From Diplonema japonicum (Eukaryota; Protista; Euglenozoa: Diplonemea), in the NCBI GenBank assembly GCA_964019335.1, contig OZ025688.1:124001-188000 (forward strand): a stretch of 64,000 nucleotides of DNA, given 5' to 3'. The notes beneath the pieces were generated by a model, which had not been told where the DNA came from, made no database searches, and worked only from the letters and a program-made list of their open reading frames with translations. Positions within the stretch are counted from its first letter, which is position 1; the number at the start of each line of letters is the position of its first letter. This document shows positions 21,391-33,503 of this stretch, piece by piece. The position numbers and the translations under genes were made by a program.

Positions 21391-22353
21391 ATGAATGTAC
21401 TATTCTTAACAGCCGTTATGGCTGTCGGCCCGTTGCCAAAAATGAATATCACATCAAACAGTGTCAGCGTGTCCGGTGTGAGCAGCGGTGGGGCGATGGC
21501 GGTTCAAATGCACGTCGCATTCTCAAGCAAGGTCATCGGCGGTGGCATGATTGCCACCCCTCCGTTTTACTGCGCAATGGACGCTCTGACAGAAGGACTC
21601 ACTGCCTGCATGAGCTCACCGCAGCTCATGAACGTGGCGCTCCTGCAAAGGGAGGCAGAGGCTATGGAGTCGAAAGGTGGCATCGACCCCCTTTCAAATC
21701 TAAACAACACCAGGCTGTACATCGAAACAGGTAAGTACGACACTGTAGTCATGCAGGGCGTCGTCAACAAGACAGCACAATGGTACTCAAAGTACGTTGC
21801 TCCTTCCAACCAAAAAGAAACCGCATACCTGCATGCAGAGCACTGCTGGCCCACAGACTCCTATGGGAACAAATGCCTTTATCTCGGAGAACCATACATC
21901 AACAACTGTGGTTTCGATGCTGCTGGAACATTGCTGCAGCACATCTACGGGAATTTGAAACCCCGTGTCACACCCAACAGTCAGAACCTTGTGATGTTCG
22001 ATCAGACTCTTTATGGTGCTGATAAAAAGATTTCTATGTCTGATGAAGGTGTTCTTTATGTCCCCGTCGCGTGTAAAGCGTCTCAATGCAAACTTCATGT
22101 TTGCTTCCATGGTTGTGAGCAAACTGTTAAGAATATTGGTGATAAGTTCTACACCAACACCGGTTTGAACAACTGGGCGGAGGCGAACAACATCGTGGTG
22201 CTTTACCCCCAAGCGGTTCCTTCCGAGTTCATGCCCCAAAACCCGAAAGGTTGCTGGGACTGGTGGGGGTACACAAACCGTAATTACGCCGAGAAAACCG
22301 GTCCCCAGATGGTTGTTATTCAGAAGATGATTGAAGCCCTTGGGGGCTGGTAA
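21391..22353 (+). CDS. Extracellular-type poly(3-hydroxybutyrate) depolymerase / esterase
   Basis: SVSGVSSGGAMAVQMHVAFS lipase-box region, LHVCFHGCEQ, WAEANNIVVLYPQ and NPKGCWDWWGY motifs of PhaZ type II-like enzymes; N-terminal hydrophobic signal. Confidence 0.88.
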   Translation: MNVLFLTAVMAVGPLPKMNITSNSVSVSGVSSGGAMAVQMHVAFSSKVIGGGMIATPPFYCAMDALTEGLTACMSSPQLMNVALLQREAEAMESKGGIDPLSNLNNTRLYIETGKYDTVVMQGVVNKTAQWYSKYVAPSNQKETAYLHAEHCWPTDSYGNKCLYLGEPYINNCGFDAAGTLLQHIYGNLKPRVTPNSQNLVMFDQTLYGADKKISMSDEGVLYVPVACKASQCKLHVCFHGCEQTVKNIGDKFYTNTGLNNWAEANNIVVLYPQAVPSEFMPQNPKGCWDWWGYTNRNYAEKTGPQMVVIQKMIEALGGW

Positions 22354-22428
22354 AGGGAGGGAAATGATTTTTTTGTTTTGTTTGTTTTTGTTGTGTGTAA
22401 GTGCGGCTTATCTTTGTCTTGTTTTCTT

Positions 22429-22472
<44 letters not shown>

Positions 22473-22855
22473 GAAGACATTGGACGAGGGTAGGTTCCCA
22501 CCGAGTAGTGGCGTTTCTTATTTGTTGTTTCTTCTATTGTACACACCTCTTCTTTTTTTTTTTTTTTTGAATTTTTTTTTGAGGTTGTTTGGTTTGAAAA
22601 AGAAGAAGAAAAAAAGGGGGGGGGGGGGGCATGGGGAGAAGAGGGGTTGTCGCGCATCTAGCTGGCTCTTTTTTTTCCCTTCTTTTTTTTCTTCTTGTTA
22701 TACCCCCTACACCGGTCGCCACCTTTTTCCCACCTTAACGTTACGTTCTACTGCCTCTCAAATATTTTCTTTTCTCCCCCCCCCCCCCCCAGCGTGGTGC
22801 TCACAAAAGGTCACTTTTATTAGAAAGATCTATTACTTCTTTTTTTTGTGAGGAG

Positions 22856-22899
<44 letters not shown>

Positions 22900-23050
22900 C
22901 GATTGTGATTTTCCAAGTGGCATGTCTCTAACATTTTTTTTTTTTATCCTCTTCTTTTTTTTTTTTTTTAAAAACAACATTCTCTCGCGAACCAATAAAA
23001 AAACAAAAAAAAAGTAGGGGACGGAAAAAAAAAAAAAAAAAAAAAAAAAA

Positions 23051-24806
23051 ATGCGGACAATTGTACTGGCCGCCCTGCTGGGGCTGCTCGGGAGCTGCAG
23101 CGCAAAAGAGGAAAAAATCTACGTCACGATGCGAGACGGCTTCAACCTGAGCACCTACATAAACTGCGACTTCCTGCTCGGCGCCAAGAAGAAAACAGTC
23201 GTATTCGAAGCCTCCCCTTACGGCCACAACCAACTCGAGATGATAGCCTACGCCGTTGCCGAAGCCCTGGGAAGTGACTACTGCGGCATCCGCCAGGACA
23301 TGCGAGGCTCAGGCGATTCTCAAGGCCAAGATTTCACCCTCTGGCGGTCCCAAGCAAACGACACCTACGACACCTTCAAATGGATCTCAGAGCAATCCTG
23401 GTCAAACGGTGAAATCTACCAAACCGGCGCCTCAGCTGACGGGTTAGCCGCCATGTTCGGAAACATGCACAAACCACAATGGTTAAAGAAACAACTCATC
23501 ATCTGGGCATCCATTGACACACACACCTTCTCATACCCAGGAGGCGCGTACAGAGAAGGCTTACAAGATGGATGGTTGAAAACATCATTCCCGCATCAAT
23601 GGGAAAGACTGCGTCACGTATCCAGATTACACGAAGCACCAGGGCAATGGTGGAACCCTGTTAACGGAACCGGAAAATGCGATTTGTGGGACTTCCCGTC
23701 CGTGCAGCTGGCAGGGTGGTACGACATTTTTCTGAACGGGAACATCGAAGCCTACAAATGCTACAACAAGAACAACACGAAGAATACGCACCTTGTGGTG
23801 GAAGCTTGCGGACATTGTCTTGTCGATGGGTTCTGTCCTATTTATGAAGATGTGGATGCTGACGCTCTCCCGTTGGCGTTTATGATGACGCTTGACCTAT
23901 TTGCGGGAAACCCCCTCCCGAAGGAGATGGACAAGGTAACATTGCATGTCATGGGAGCCGGCGATAAAAACAGCAAATTCATCGATCCTTTCGCTCCCGG
24001 GAATTATTGGACCACCCTTCCTGATTTCCCTGCCCCACAGTACACTAATATGTACTTCACATCGGGTGGAAAACTCGCCAATTTCCCCGAATCGCAAACG
24101 AAGCAATTATCCTATGAATACGATCCAGCAAACCCCGTCCCCACTATCGGGGGGAACAATCTTGAATTGAAATGCGGTGCGCTAGACCAACGCCCTGCAG
24201 AGAATCGGACTGACGTGTTGGTCTTCACATCTGACGAAGTAGATGTTCCCCTTGCCATAACAGGCGATTTGAAGGCAACGTTATATGTTAAATCCAACAG
24301 AATTGATACGGATTTCACCGTGAAAATTACCGATGTGTACCCCGATGGGAGGTCGTTGCTTTTAAACGATGGGATTATCAGAATGAGATGGAGGGCTGGT
24401 GAGTTTGGTGGTGTGGACCCTCAGATGATGACGCCCGGGCAGGTTTACAAAGTGGAGGTTTCGCTTTGGCAAACTTCGTTCATTTTCGCGAAGGGGCATA
24501 GGTACAGGGTGTCGGTGTCGTCTTCCAACTCTCCGAGGTTTGAGGTGAACCCCAACAACGGTCTGCCTCTTGTGCAGAACGGGACAGTGCTCTCGGCGGA
24601 GAATACGGTCCTTGTTGGTGGGGAGCAGGCGTCTTACTTCACCCTTCCTGTTGTCCAGATGTACCAGATCCCTCCTCTTGACATGAAGGCCTTGCAAAAG
24701 AACTGGCTCGAGTCGCGCCCCCCTGCGTACAAGAACCTTCTCAAAACCATGAGAAAATACAAAAACGAGGTGATCCGAGCTGCCAGACCCGGCAGCGATG
24801 AGTTGT

Positions 24807-24808
<2 letters not shown>
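23051..24808 (+). CDS. Secreted CocE/NonD-family hydrolase, copy 2 (paralogue of 19033..20775)
   Basis: Same motifs (VTMRDG, GASADG, AGWYDIF, GHC) and colinear similarity with copy 1. Confidence 0.92.
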
Positions 24809-24843
<35 letters not shown>

Positions 24844-24856
24844 TTACACCCAAACG

Positions 24857-24887
<31 letters not shown>

Positions 24888-25110
24888 GAGTTTTTTTTTG
24901 TGAAATTACTTTTGTGTGGTCTTTTATTGTGTTTTGTTGTTGCCCCTCCTCGTTACATCGTTGTTGAGGAGGAAGAATGTTAGTGCTCTGGAGAACAGAA
25001 AAAAAAAAAAATGTGGAATTTTCTTTCTTTTTTTTTTGTATACCCACCACACCACTCTATATACAACAAAAAGGGGGAGGGTAGAGAGAGACAAGAAGAA
25101 AAAAAAAAAA

Positions 25111-25613
25111 ATGTTAACAGGGGCCAGTCGGGCGTTGCTTCGCAACGCGAAGCCAATGGGAAGGGTGGCGTTTCACGCAAGGAGGTGGGCTTCCGCCGAG
25201 GGCGGTGCTCCTAAGGTTGATCCTTACGAGGTATTTGAAGGGAGGATCGGACCTGACAGTGGGGACAAAGAAATTAAGGAAGTCTACAGGGATTTGGTCA
25301 AAGAGTACCATCCTGATTCAAACCCCGATGCAGACCCAAAAAAGGTATGAATGATTTTCTTTTTCGATATAATTACCTAGATTACTGAAATCAATGACGC
25401 TTACAAAATTCTGATCAAAGAGCACATCAAGGGCAAAGTAGTGAACAAATGGTTTGCACGGGCAGACGGTGACGAGCCGCCTGTGCCTCGCTCGGAACTT
25501 CACGAGCGTGTGTACAAGGCTGCGGAAACTAAATGGGAAGAATCTACTCAGTTGATGCTTTTCAAAATTAAAAAAAAATATGGTATGTGTGGAGGGGGAA
25601 GAAGGGGGAAAAG

Positions 25614-25646
<33 letters not shown>

Positions 25647-25880
25647 CAATTGTTTTCTGGTTTGCGAAAGTGCTGTTCGTGGTAGTCCAGTATCTTAGAG
25701 CCTACAAAATCTTGGTATGGAAGTTGGGAGCAGGAAGAAAAAAAAAAAAAGGTTGCTATTTTTGTGTTGATGGCGTTCGTCTCCGTCATCAAGGGCCAGA
25801 TAGCCCAACGCCATCTGGAGGAAATGAAGAAAAGGCGGGCGAGAGCCGAACTTTCTTCTTTCTATGAAAAAATAGACTAG
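25111..25880 (+). CDS. Mitochondrion-targeted J-domain protein with C-terminal TM segments; introns 25345..25380, 25583..25643, 25715..25751
   Basis: Arg-rich presequence MLTGASRALLRN. DPYEVF...IKEVYRDLVKEYHPD...|ITEINDAYKIL completes the J-domain only after splicing. Confidence 0.85.
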
Positions 25881-26368
25881 GTTATTCTTCATCCGTCCAC
25901 ACCCTCCCCCCTTTTTTTTTTCTCCCACCCCCCTTTTTTTTATATCATATTTTCCTTTTTTGTTCCTGTTGGAGAAATGTTTTCGTTTTCTTTCTTTTTT
26001 TTTTTTGTTCACAGAATTCATTGATGTGATTCCGTTTCTTTTTTTTTTTGTATTGAAAAAAGATCCCCAAAAAAAGCAGCGCATATTTTTTCTTTCTTTT
26101 TTTTTTTTTTTTTTTTTTTGCACTCGGGGGAAAAAAAAAGAAAAAAGACGGTGAGGATAGTGGGAGAATGGTGGGCTCAAGTATGCACCTCTCCCACACC
26201 CCCACCTTCATATTAGTTTAGTGATTGGATTTTTTTTTTTTTTTCCCCTGCCCCCATTTTTTTTTTTTTTCCTTCCACCCCCTCTTTTTTTTCAACAACA
26301 CACCCCTTTTTTTTCCACAAAAAAAAATCATATTTTCTATTTAAAAAAAAAAAAGGAGCGGCGGCCCC

Positions 26369-26399
<31 letters not shown>

Positions 26400-26401
26400 C
26401 C

Positions 26402-27430
26402 ATGCGAAGAACAGTGCTACGTGCGGTGCAAAGAAGGCTTTGTTCCACAACACCGCCTGAGGAAGCTGACAGAATAGTGAGGGAGTCACCTATTACCCCT
26501 TCAAGGGATACAGCGTACCAAGGTAGCGAGGTTCTATATGAGAAGACAGGCGACAGGCAGGTAAAACCCAAAAGCCAAAGCAGAGCGTTAATGTTCATCA
26601 ACTACAAACCGGTCGCGATAGAACCAGGTGAGGAGAACCTCCTGGAGGTGTGCTTAAGAGAGGGCATCGTGGTCCCCAAATTCTGTTACCACCCAAACCT
26701 CTCCGTTGCAGGTAACTGCCGTATGTGTATGGTCCAACTTGCAGGCACCCAGAATATCATTGTTGCATGTGCAACACCTGTCATGGCAGGCATGTCCGTC
26801 CTGACAGAAACCCGTCTCGTAGCATCTGCCAGAGAGGGTAACGTCGAAATCCTAATCATCAACCATCCTTTAGATTGCCCTGTCTGTGAGCAACAGTACA
26901 ATTGCGATCTGCAGGACATCACTTTCGACTACGGATCACCTCACCCCAGGTTCCGAGAGAACAAGACCGCCTCTGTAGATAAGAATATCGACCCGCACAT
27001 GTCGACTTCGTTCGTGAAGTGCATTCACTGCACAAGGTGCACCCGTTGGGTTCAGGAAGAAACCAAAGAATGGACATGGGGCATGTGCGGCCGAGGCGGT
27101 GGTTCTGAGATCACCACATTCGTTCCGGGGAAGGTATGGGAACAATTTGGAAAAAAAAAAAAAAAAAATTAAAAGTTCTCGAGAACCGACACGTTCGAGG
27201 CGCAAAACTGGAAAGCTGCGAAATTGTGCCCTGTGGGTGCCTTGGCTACTACACTGACGCCACATGGGGTGTTGAACTTGGTATTTCTTTTTTTTTTTTT
27301 TGAAAGGGGGCAAGATTAAAAAAATAAATAAAATTAGGAACAAAAAGTGATACCTGATGTACCGATCAGCGATGTGGCCGCCGCTTCTAAGAAAAATTGC
27401 AGCCGCGATTATATGTTTAGTCTTGTTTGA
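26402..27430 (+). CDS. NDUFS1: Complex I 75-kDa subunit, N-terminal Fe-S half only (NuoG/NDUFS1-N); introns 27134..27175 and 27281..27337
   Basis: PKFCYHPNLSVAGNCRMC, ACATP, HPLDCPVCEQQYNCDLQD, KCIHCTRC. Splicing the first intron restores the conserved LCPVGAL. No molybdopterin-like C-half follows. Confidence 0.92.
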
Positions 27431-27893
27431 TTAGACAAAGAGAGCTGGAAGGGAAGAAGGAAGGAAAAAAAAAAAAAAAAAACCTACAACCACGATTCTT
27501 TTTTATTTAATTTTTTGTAAGATCTGAGGGAGGGGGGGGGGGGGGGGGTAGACAGAGAGTAGTGGGGCTACTACTATAAGTGCGGCTTTTTTTTTCGTTT
27601 TTTTTTTCCTTCTTTTGGCGTTTTCCTCTTTCTTTTTCTTCTTCTTGGCGTTCCCAAAAAAAAAATATGTAGCTTATATCCCCTCCCATGTTTCCCCCAC
27701 CTCCTTTCATTCTTTTTTATTTGGAAGTGTTTTTTTTTTTTTTTTTTTTTTTTCCCCAATTGCCGTTACTTTTTTATACCCCTCCCCCCCATTTGTCCCC
27801 CTCAAAGTGTATCTTTCCCCCCCTTTTTTCTTCTTCTTTTTTTTTTTTTTAAAAACGAATCATGAAGGAGAAAATAATTTTAAAAAGAAAAAA

Positions 27894-28910
27894 ATGACGG
27901 CTAGTACGAAGCGAGGATTAGATGACTTGTTTGCGGACGCAAAGGGCGCAGAGGCAGCAAAGGAGACAGATTTGGAGGAGGTTTTCAAAGCACCGGAGAG
28001 GAAAAGGCGAAGGATCGCAGTGAGAAACCTAGTGGTGATGATGTCGCAAGATGGGAAAATCGTTCGTAACGACCAGGAAGAGGAGGACCGCCTGAAAACA
28101 ACGGTGTTTGTCGACAATATCCCGAACGACGCGAAAACAGTGGAGATCAAAACCCTGTTTAAAAAATGCGGGGCGCACAGTGAGAAAATCGCAGTGAGGT
28201 TGAGGTCACGAGCCTTCGACCACGAATCCGACCGCGGCCTCTTCAAATCCCATAAGCTCAATGCCTTAAAGGGCAAGCTTTCCACTGAAGGCAGTTGCTC
28301 TGCCTATGTTTACCTCCCCTCTCAATCCTCCTATGAATCTGCCCTTAAGCTCGATGGTACACTATACCTAGACCACACCCTCCGTATTGAACCTGCCCAC
28401 GGGGGAGCCGACCCCTTCGAGCCTAAAGTATCTCTGTTCTTCGGCAACCTTTTACTTGAACTAACAGATGATGAACTTAGAAAGTTCATCGTTGACGAAA
28501 AAAACCTGAGTGGTCTTAACAAGGTTCGGCTTATTAGAGACCCGGTTTCCCGGAAAGGGAAAGGGTTTGGGTTCGCTGCATTCGCAACGGAAGCAGAGGC
28601 GAAAACCGCTTTCAGAACCCTGAACGGTTCGTATCTGCGAGGCAGAGAGCTTCGCGTCAAACACGTTATGTTTCGATCCAAAGAGAAGGACGATAAAATG
28701 CGCAAAGTTCGTACAGAATCGGCGCCTGTGGTATTTATGGGGAAAAAAAAAATGAAAAAAAAAAAAATTATATACGCACAGAAATACAAAGAAATGGTCC
28801 GGACCAAAAAGGCTGAGAAAGGTGCGGCCGACCGCCATAAAGCCTATAAAGACAGGGGTGCCATCAACAGCGAAAAGCTATTCGAAGGGAAACGAGCGAG
28901 GAAGGTATAG
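27894..28910 (+). CDS. Two-RRM nucleolar protein (Nop12/RBM34-like); probable in-frame intron 28731..28781
   Basis: TVFVDNIP, AVRLRS, SAYVY, LFFGNL, VRLIRDPVSRKGKGFGFAAF, and C-terminal FEGKRA. GTATTT...A(n)...CAG removes a poly-Lys insert. Confidence 0.82.
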   Translation: MTASTKRGLDDLFADAKGAEAAKETDLEEVFKAPERKRRRIAVRNLVVMMSQDGKIVRNDQEEEDRLKTTVFVDNIPNDAKTVEIKTLFKKCGAHSEKIAVRLRSRAFDHESDRGLFKSHKLNALKGKLSTEGSCSAYVYLPSQSSYESALKLDGTLYLDHTLRIEPAHGGADPFEPKVSLFFGNLLLELTDDELRKFIVDEKNLSGLNKVRLIRDPVSRKGKGFGFAAFATEAEAKTAFRTLNGSYLRGRELRVKHVMFRSKEKDDKMRKVRTESAPVVFMGKKKMKKKKIIYAQKYKEMVRTKKAEKGAADRHKAYKDRGAINSEKLFEGKRARKV

Positions 28911-29311
28911 TTGGGGGGGGGGGGGGGGGATGATGAGTCAGAATATTTTTTTTTAAAAATCAAAAAAAAAAAATAGTCGCTTACGAAAGAGCTCACAAAC
29001 CTCACTAGGCAGTGGAAGAGCGTGCACAGTACAGCGGCGGCAGCGAAGGCGAAGAAAAAGTATTTTTTTTTTTTGAAAGAAAATAATAAAAATAAAAAAA
29101 TCCCTTTTTAGAATCGATAAGGAAAAGAGAAACACCCGGAAAGAAACAAAGAAGGCCGCAAAACCAGCAAAGGCGTAAACGAGGGGGAGGAAAGAAAACC
29201 CACATGCACAATACGTCGGAGGGGGGGAGGGGGGGACGAAGTCATCAACATCATTCTTTTTTTCCCCCTTTCAAAAATTAAAAAAAAACCCCTTTCAAAG
29301 TGCAGCCCACA

Positions 29312-31840
29312 ATGCAGCGATTTCCCAGTACGAGCGAATTCACACCAGTGGTTCCCAGAGTCAACACCAGCGATGCTGATTCATGGGAGGGGTCGCAGAA
29401 ACAAAAAAAAAGGTGGTGTTTCATAACAAGAGGCGGACCGTCCCCAACACCGCAGAAAGGAGCCTTGAAAATGAAAAAGACGGAACGACAGAGGCAACGC
29501 CTAGCTATGGCTCTGGAGGGAGGGGCGTTGCGAGAGAATGACAAACGAGTTGACAAACACATTTATAAGGAGATCTTGCATGGCTACCAAGCGGAGGTGG
29601 ACAGCTATGAATCCGCGGGGAACTGCGGCAGCGCGATCCTCGAGAAAGTGACAGCATTAACAGCTGACGGTGCATACCCAAACCCACTCCTCACAGCAAC
29701 AGCAAGCATGCTAATGGTGAAATTATCCAACATTTTCAAGCGGTACAAACCTATTGTCACACGGCTTCTCAAAATCCTCCTCGACTCCATCTACACAGAC
29801 CCAGACCGGACAGCTTCTCTCGATGTCTCAAGCTTGATGGAGACCGACATGTACGCAGAGGTTACAGGACTCAAAGAACAGCAAATTGCCGTACTCGACA
29901 CGCAGATGCGGCATTTCAACGTCACCACCCAGATGCACCGCAGGGTACTCTCGCAGGTTGTCTCGAAGTGGCAATCTCTCACCCTGTGTCTCGTTTTCAC
30001 CGCCTGGCGGAAGTGCGTCCCTAACAGGGAGCGTCTCGGGAACGGGTTGCACCGATCCAACATGGGCACCTCATCCCGAAGGAATAAACTGCAAGCGTTC
30101 TTGAAATGGAAGAACCTCACGATTACAGGGATGAACAGGAAGTACGCCGAGAGCACGTCGATGCACACCCAAAAGCTGGACGAATGGTTGCGGGCGACGA
30201 AAATACAGCTGGAGCAAAGGGAGAAGGAGGTAGCGAAGCTGAAGGACGCGAGGCAGTCGCTGAAAAAGAAAAACGAAGCGCTCCTAGAACTGCTCGACGC
30301 CGAACGGACAGAGAACGAGAAGATTAAAGCAAAGCTGCACATCGTCGAAGGCAAACTGTCCAACTTTGCTGACCTCATATCAAGCACGATGCTGGAAGTG
30401 GACTCATACCTAGATGACATCCCCAGGTTGGGAATCGAGGCTGTGCAGGATGCTGCTCGGGGTCGCGCTCAAAATACGAAGGGCGTCAACAAGCGTAACA
30501 GCATAAAGGACCTTGAAGGCATGCTTGCTGCGTGGCTGTCGAACAATGTGCCGACCCTCCCAGCCATCCATAAGAGGGACTTCCACAGCGAGGTGCGCAC
30601 CTTTGCCCACCTGCACGGTGTGATGCAGCTCATGACACGCGGCAACATCACCAACGAGAAGATCACCGACACAAACAGGCAGAAGTTATTTCTCACAATG
30701 TACAACACGATGATGAGCACAGACAGCGGGCTGCAGGTCGCCGACATCCTCGCCTTGTCTGACGAGGGCCTCAGCAAGCTGGTTTGTGAGGTGTTCGTGA
30801 GGTTCACCCACTTCTTCCCCACCAGAGTATCATCTCCCGAGCTGGACACATACGGCCTACGGTTGAAACGAAGCCAGCTCAGCAACTACGAAGCAGTGAT
30901 AGCAAAGAGAGGGGAGGTGTTGGAAAAGCTCAAACTATGCACGAAGTGGCAAAAACTTGGTTGGATGACAGTCGCACATGCAAAAACACTCACAGCTAAT
31001 GGTGGGGTGTCAAGCACCATGAAGCTAAATGAAAGCCGTCTACGCCGGCTACTACTTGACAACGACCTCCCTCTGCCGCAAGACCTACCGTCTTTCTTGA
31101 AAACCGTGGAGACAGCGTTGGGGAAGGAACGGATGGTGCTAGGAGGGGCGTACCTGTACTACAGAGCGATGGAAAAGAACTTCACATTCAAACGGCAGGA
31201 GTGGATGATGTTCGTGAACGACGCAAAAATAGTACCGAAGACCATCCCAGTAAGCGCTGTGGAGAATATCTACTCTCTTCTAGCGTTCAAGGACAAGAAA
31301 GAGGAAGCCAAAGACGCCGAAGAAGCCGGCATCCATGTAGCAGACTTCATGTACGGCGTGGTGGTGCTCGTGTGTCTTAACAATGCGCAGGAGAAAGCCG
31401 CAAGCATCGCAGCGAAACTACAACAAATCGGAGCTAAGGTAGCTGCGAACACCACCGTGATCGACACTTCATTTCTGCAGAAAACACTGGTTTCTGACAA
31501 AATTCTCGACATTGTGAAGCAACATAAAGACCGCATCAGAAAGGTCCACACATCTATTGTGTCCGGAAGTAGTTCTGACACTCTCAAATATGACAATCTC
31601 TGCAATTTCCTTCGCAATTCGAAATTATTCTGTACAGACCTGCCTCTTTCTGTGTTTGTGAACTCCGTCGTTCACTACGACAGTCTTCACACTACACACG
31701 TCAGCACGAACTACATCTCCTTCAAACAATTCACAGATGTCATCGTTGCAGCTGCCTTGGCACATCAAACCAACCCCTTACTCCCCGTTCACCATAGGGT
31801 CGCGACATTCATCACCAAATATTTGTCTCCCGCCACTTAA
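29312..31840 (+). CDS. Uncharacterised ~840-aa protein with central coiled coil
   Basis: Long uninterrupted ORF with normal coding composition; no family confidently recognised. Confidence 0.85.
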   Translation: MQRFPSTSEFTPVVPRVNTSDADSWEGSQKQKKRWCFITRGGPSPTPQKGALKMKKTERQRQRLAMALEGGALRENDKRVDKHIYKEILHGYQAEVDSYESAGNCGSAILEKVTALTADGAYPNPLLTATASMLMVKLSNIFKRYKPIVTRLLKILLDSIYTDPDRTASLDVSSLMETDMYAEVTGLKEQQIAVLDTQMRHFNVTTQMHRRVLSQVVSKWQSLTLCLVFTAWRKCVPNRERLGNGLHRSNMGTSSRRNKLQAFLKWKNLTITGMNRKYAESTSMHTQKLDEWLRATKIQLEQREKEVAKLKDARQSLKKKNEALLELLDAERTENEKIKAKLHIVEGKLSNFADLISSTMLEVDSYLDDIPRLGIEAVQDAARGRAQNTKGVNKRNSIKDLEGMLAAWLSNNVPTLPAIHKRDFHSEVRTFAHLHGVMQLMTRGNITNEKITDTNRQKLFLTMYNTMMSTDSGLQVADILALSDEGLSKLVCEVFVRFTHFFPTRVSSPELDTYGLRLKRSQLSNYEAVIAKRGEVLEKLKLCTKWQKLGWMTVAHAKTLTANGGVSSTMKLNESRLRRLLLDNDLPLPQDLPSFLKTVETALGKERMVLGGAYLYYRAMEKNFTFKRQEWMMFVNDAKIVPKTIPVSAVENIYSLLAFKDKKEEAKDAEEAGIHVADFMYGVVVLVCLNNAQEKAASIAAKLQQIGAKVAANTTVIDTSFLQKTLVSDKILDIVKQHKDRIRKVHTSIVSGSSSDTLKYDNLCNFLRNSKLFCTDLPLSVFVNSVVHYDSLHTTHVSTNYISFKQFTDVIVAAALAHQTNPLLPVHHRVATFITKYLSPAT

Positions 31841-31960
31841 TTCTTCGTTTTCTTTTTGTTTTTGTTTCCACATTTACACAAAAAAAACCCTCAAACCTTT
31901 TACATAAAATATTGGTTCTCCTCCTTTGCTTCAAAACACACCCTTCAGACAGCATTATAA

Positions 31961-33427
31961 ATGCGGGTCATGCTAGTGGCCATGATGGCGACAGCGTGCA
32001 CAGCTTCTCTTGTTGGAAGTGTCATCGAACACGAGGTCATTTCAGGAAATGCCACGTCGCGTAATGACGCGTTAAAGGTGATGGAGGCGAACATGAACAA
32101 GATGACACCTCTGATCGAACAGGCCGCAAGGGATGGTAGCGACATTGTAGTGCTGCCTGAGATGGCACTGACTGCACTCGTTGAAAGCAGACAGGTGATG
32201 AGTTACTACATCGCTGTATTACCAGAAACAGGGAACGAAACCGTGGCTTGCAACAACAGCGTGTACGCGACCATACCCATGCTGCAGAGATTATCGTGCG
32301 CGGCGAGAGAAAACAAAATACACCTTGCGGTAAACTGGGGTGAGATTGTACCGTGCACCAACACAGATCCCCACTGTCCGCCCGACGGGAAATACCAGTT
32401 TAATACAGAGTTGATATTCACGGATAAAGGAGTGTTGGTAGCAAAATATCACAAACTGCACACTTTCGACGCAACAGAGTTCGACACACCACCGGAGGAA
32501 GAGTTCGTATACTTCGTGATGAAAGGCGTGCGGGTGGGCATTGTCACGTGCTTTGACGCTATCTACGGTTCGCCTCTGCTGCCGCTCATCAAGAAGCACA
32601 ACGTTTCAGTATTTGTCCTGTCGCACTGGTGGGTCAACCAATACGCCATGTTCAGCGCTGCCGCATGGTGGCAAGCCTTGTCCCGTAGACTGGACGTCTC
32701 GCTTTTGGCAGCCGCGAACTGGCAAACCGTTGACATCCCACATCTATGGAACAGCGGGTCAGGTCTGTACTCCCGCGGCAACATCATCGCCTCATGGTAC
32801 AACGTCAACAGGGAACATCAAGAGAAACTTCTCACCGGCACCGTGGACACAAACGGCGGGTCTGGTAACAATCTACCAGAGTACACAAACCCTATTCCTA
32901 TAACCCCCCCTGGGCCTATGTGTGTGCAGCACTTTGACTGGGATGCAGCGTCCATCCGTGTGGGTGAGCAGTACACAGGGAAGGTATCCTGTGGGCCATT
33001 CTCATGCGAAGCATCGTTTGTGGTTTCGCAGCTTCCTCAACAGCCAGAGTACTGGGTTTTATACATGGACAGGGGGTACTATGTGGACTCCGACGGTGCG
33101 GGGGTTTACTATTATGAAGAGTTTTGCAGCCTTTACAAATGCAACACGGCAGACGGGTGCTATGGCAGCAAGGAGCAGATGCACGACGACACGGGCAGCA
33201 CGTTCTTCAGCTCGGTGGTGCTGAGGGCCACTTTCATGCCAGGCTCCGTTAACTACGCCACGTCTTCAGACGGGACCGGCAACGTGCACCCCGACATCAT
33301 GACAGGGCTGCGCTTTGACGACAACCCCGGGAAGCTGTCGACTGCGAATTTTACAAACCTCTCACATCCACTCATAAACCTGGCCCTTGTAGGCCGCCAG
33401 TACAGTCTCGATGGGAAAGTACAGTGA
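31961..33427 (+). CDS. Secreted vanin/biotinidase-like carbon-nitrogen hydrolase (pantetheinase family)
   Basis: Signal peptide; nitrilase triad DIVVLPE / YHKLH / TCFDA; LQRLSCAAR, CPPDGKYQFNT; vanin-like C-terminal base domain. Confidence 0.9.
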   Translation: MRVMLVAMMATACTASLVGSVIEHEVISGNATSRNDALKVMEANMNKMTPLIEQAARDGSDIVVLPEMALTALVESRQVMSYYIAVLPETGNETVACNNSVYATIPMLQRLSCAARENKIHLAVNWGEIVPCTNTDPHCPPDGKYQFNTELIFTDKGVLVAKYHKLHTFDATEFDTPPEEEFVYFVMKGVRVGIVTCFDAIYGSPLLPLIKKHNVSVFVLSHWWVNQYAMFSAAAWWQALSRRLDVSLLAAANWQTVDIPHLWNSGSGLYSRGNIIASWYNVNREHQEKLLTGTVDTNGGSGNNLPEYTNPIPITPPGPMCVQHFDWDAASIRVGEQYTGKVSCGPFSCEASFVVSQLPQQPEYWVLYMDRGYYVDSDGAGVYYYEEFCSLYKCNTADGCYGSKEQMHDDTGSTFFSSVVLRATFMPGSVNYATSSDGTGNVHPDIMTGLRFDDNPGKLSTANFTNLSHPLINLALVGRQYSLDGKVQ

Positions 33428-33503
33428 ATTTTGTTTCCCACTCCCTCTCCCTCTGCACAAGTGCAGAAAGGATGTTTCCATTACACGGGAGGGGAAAGGG
33501 AAA

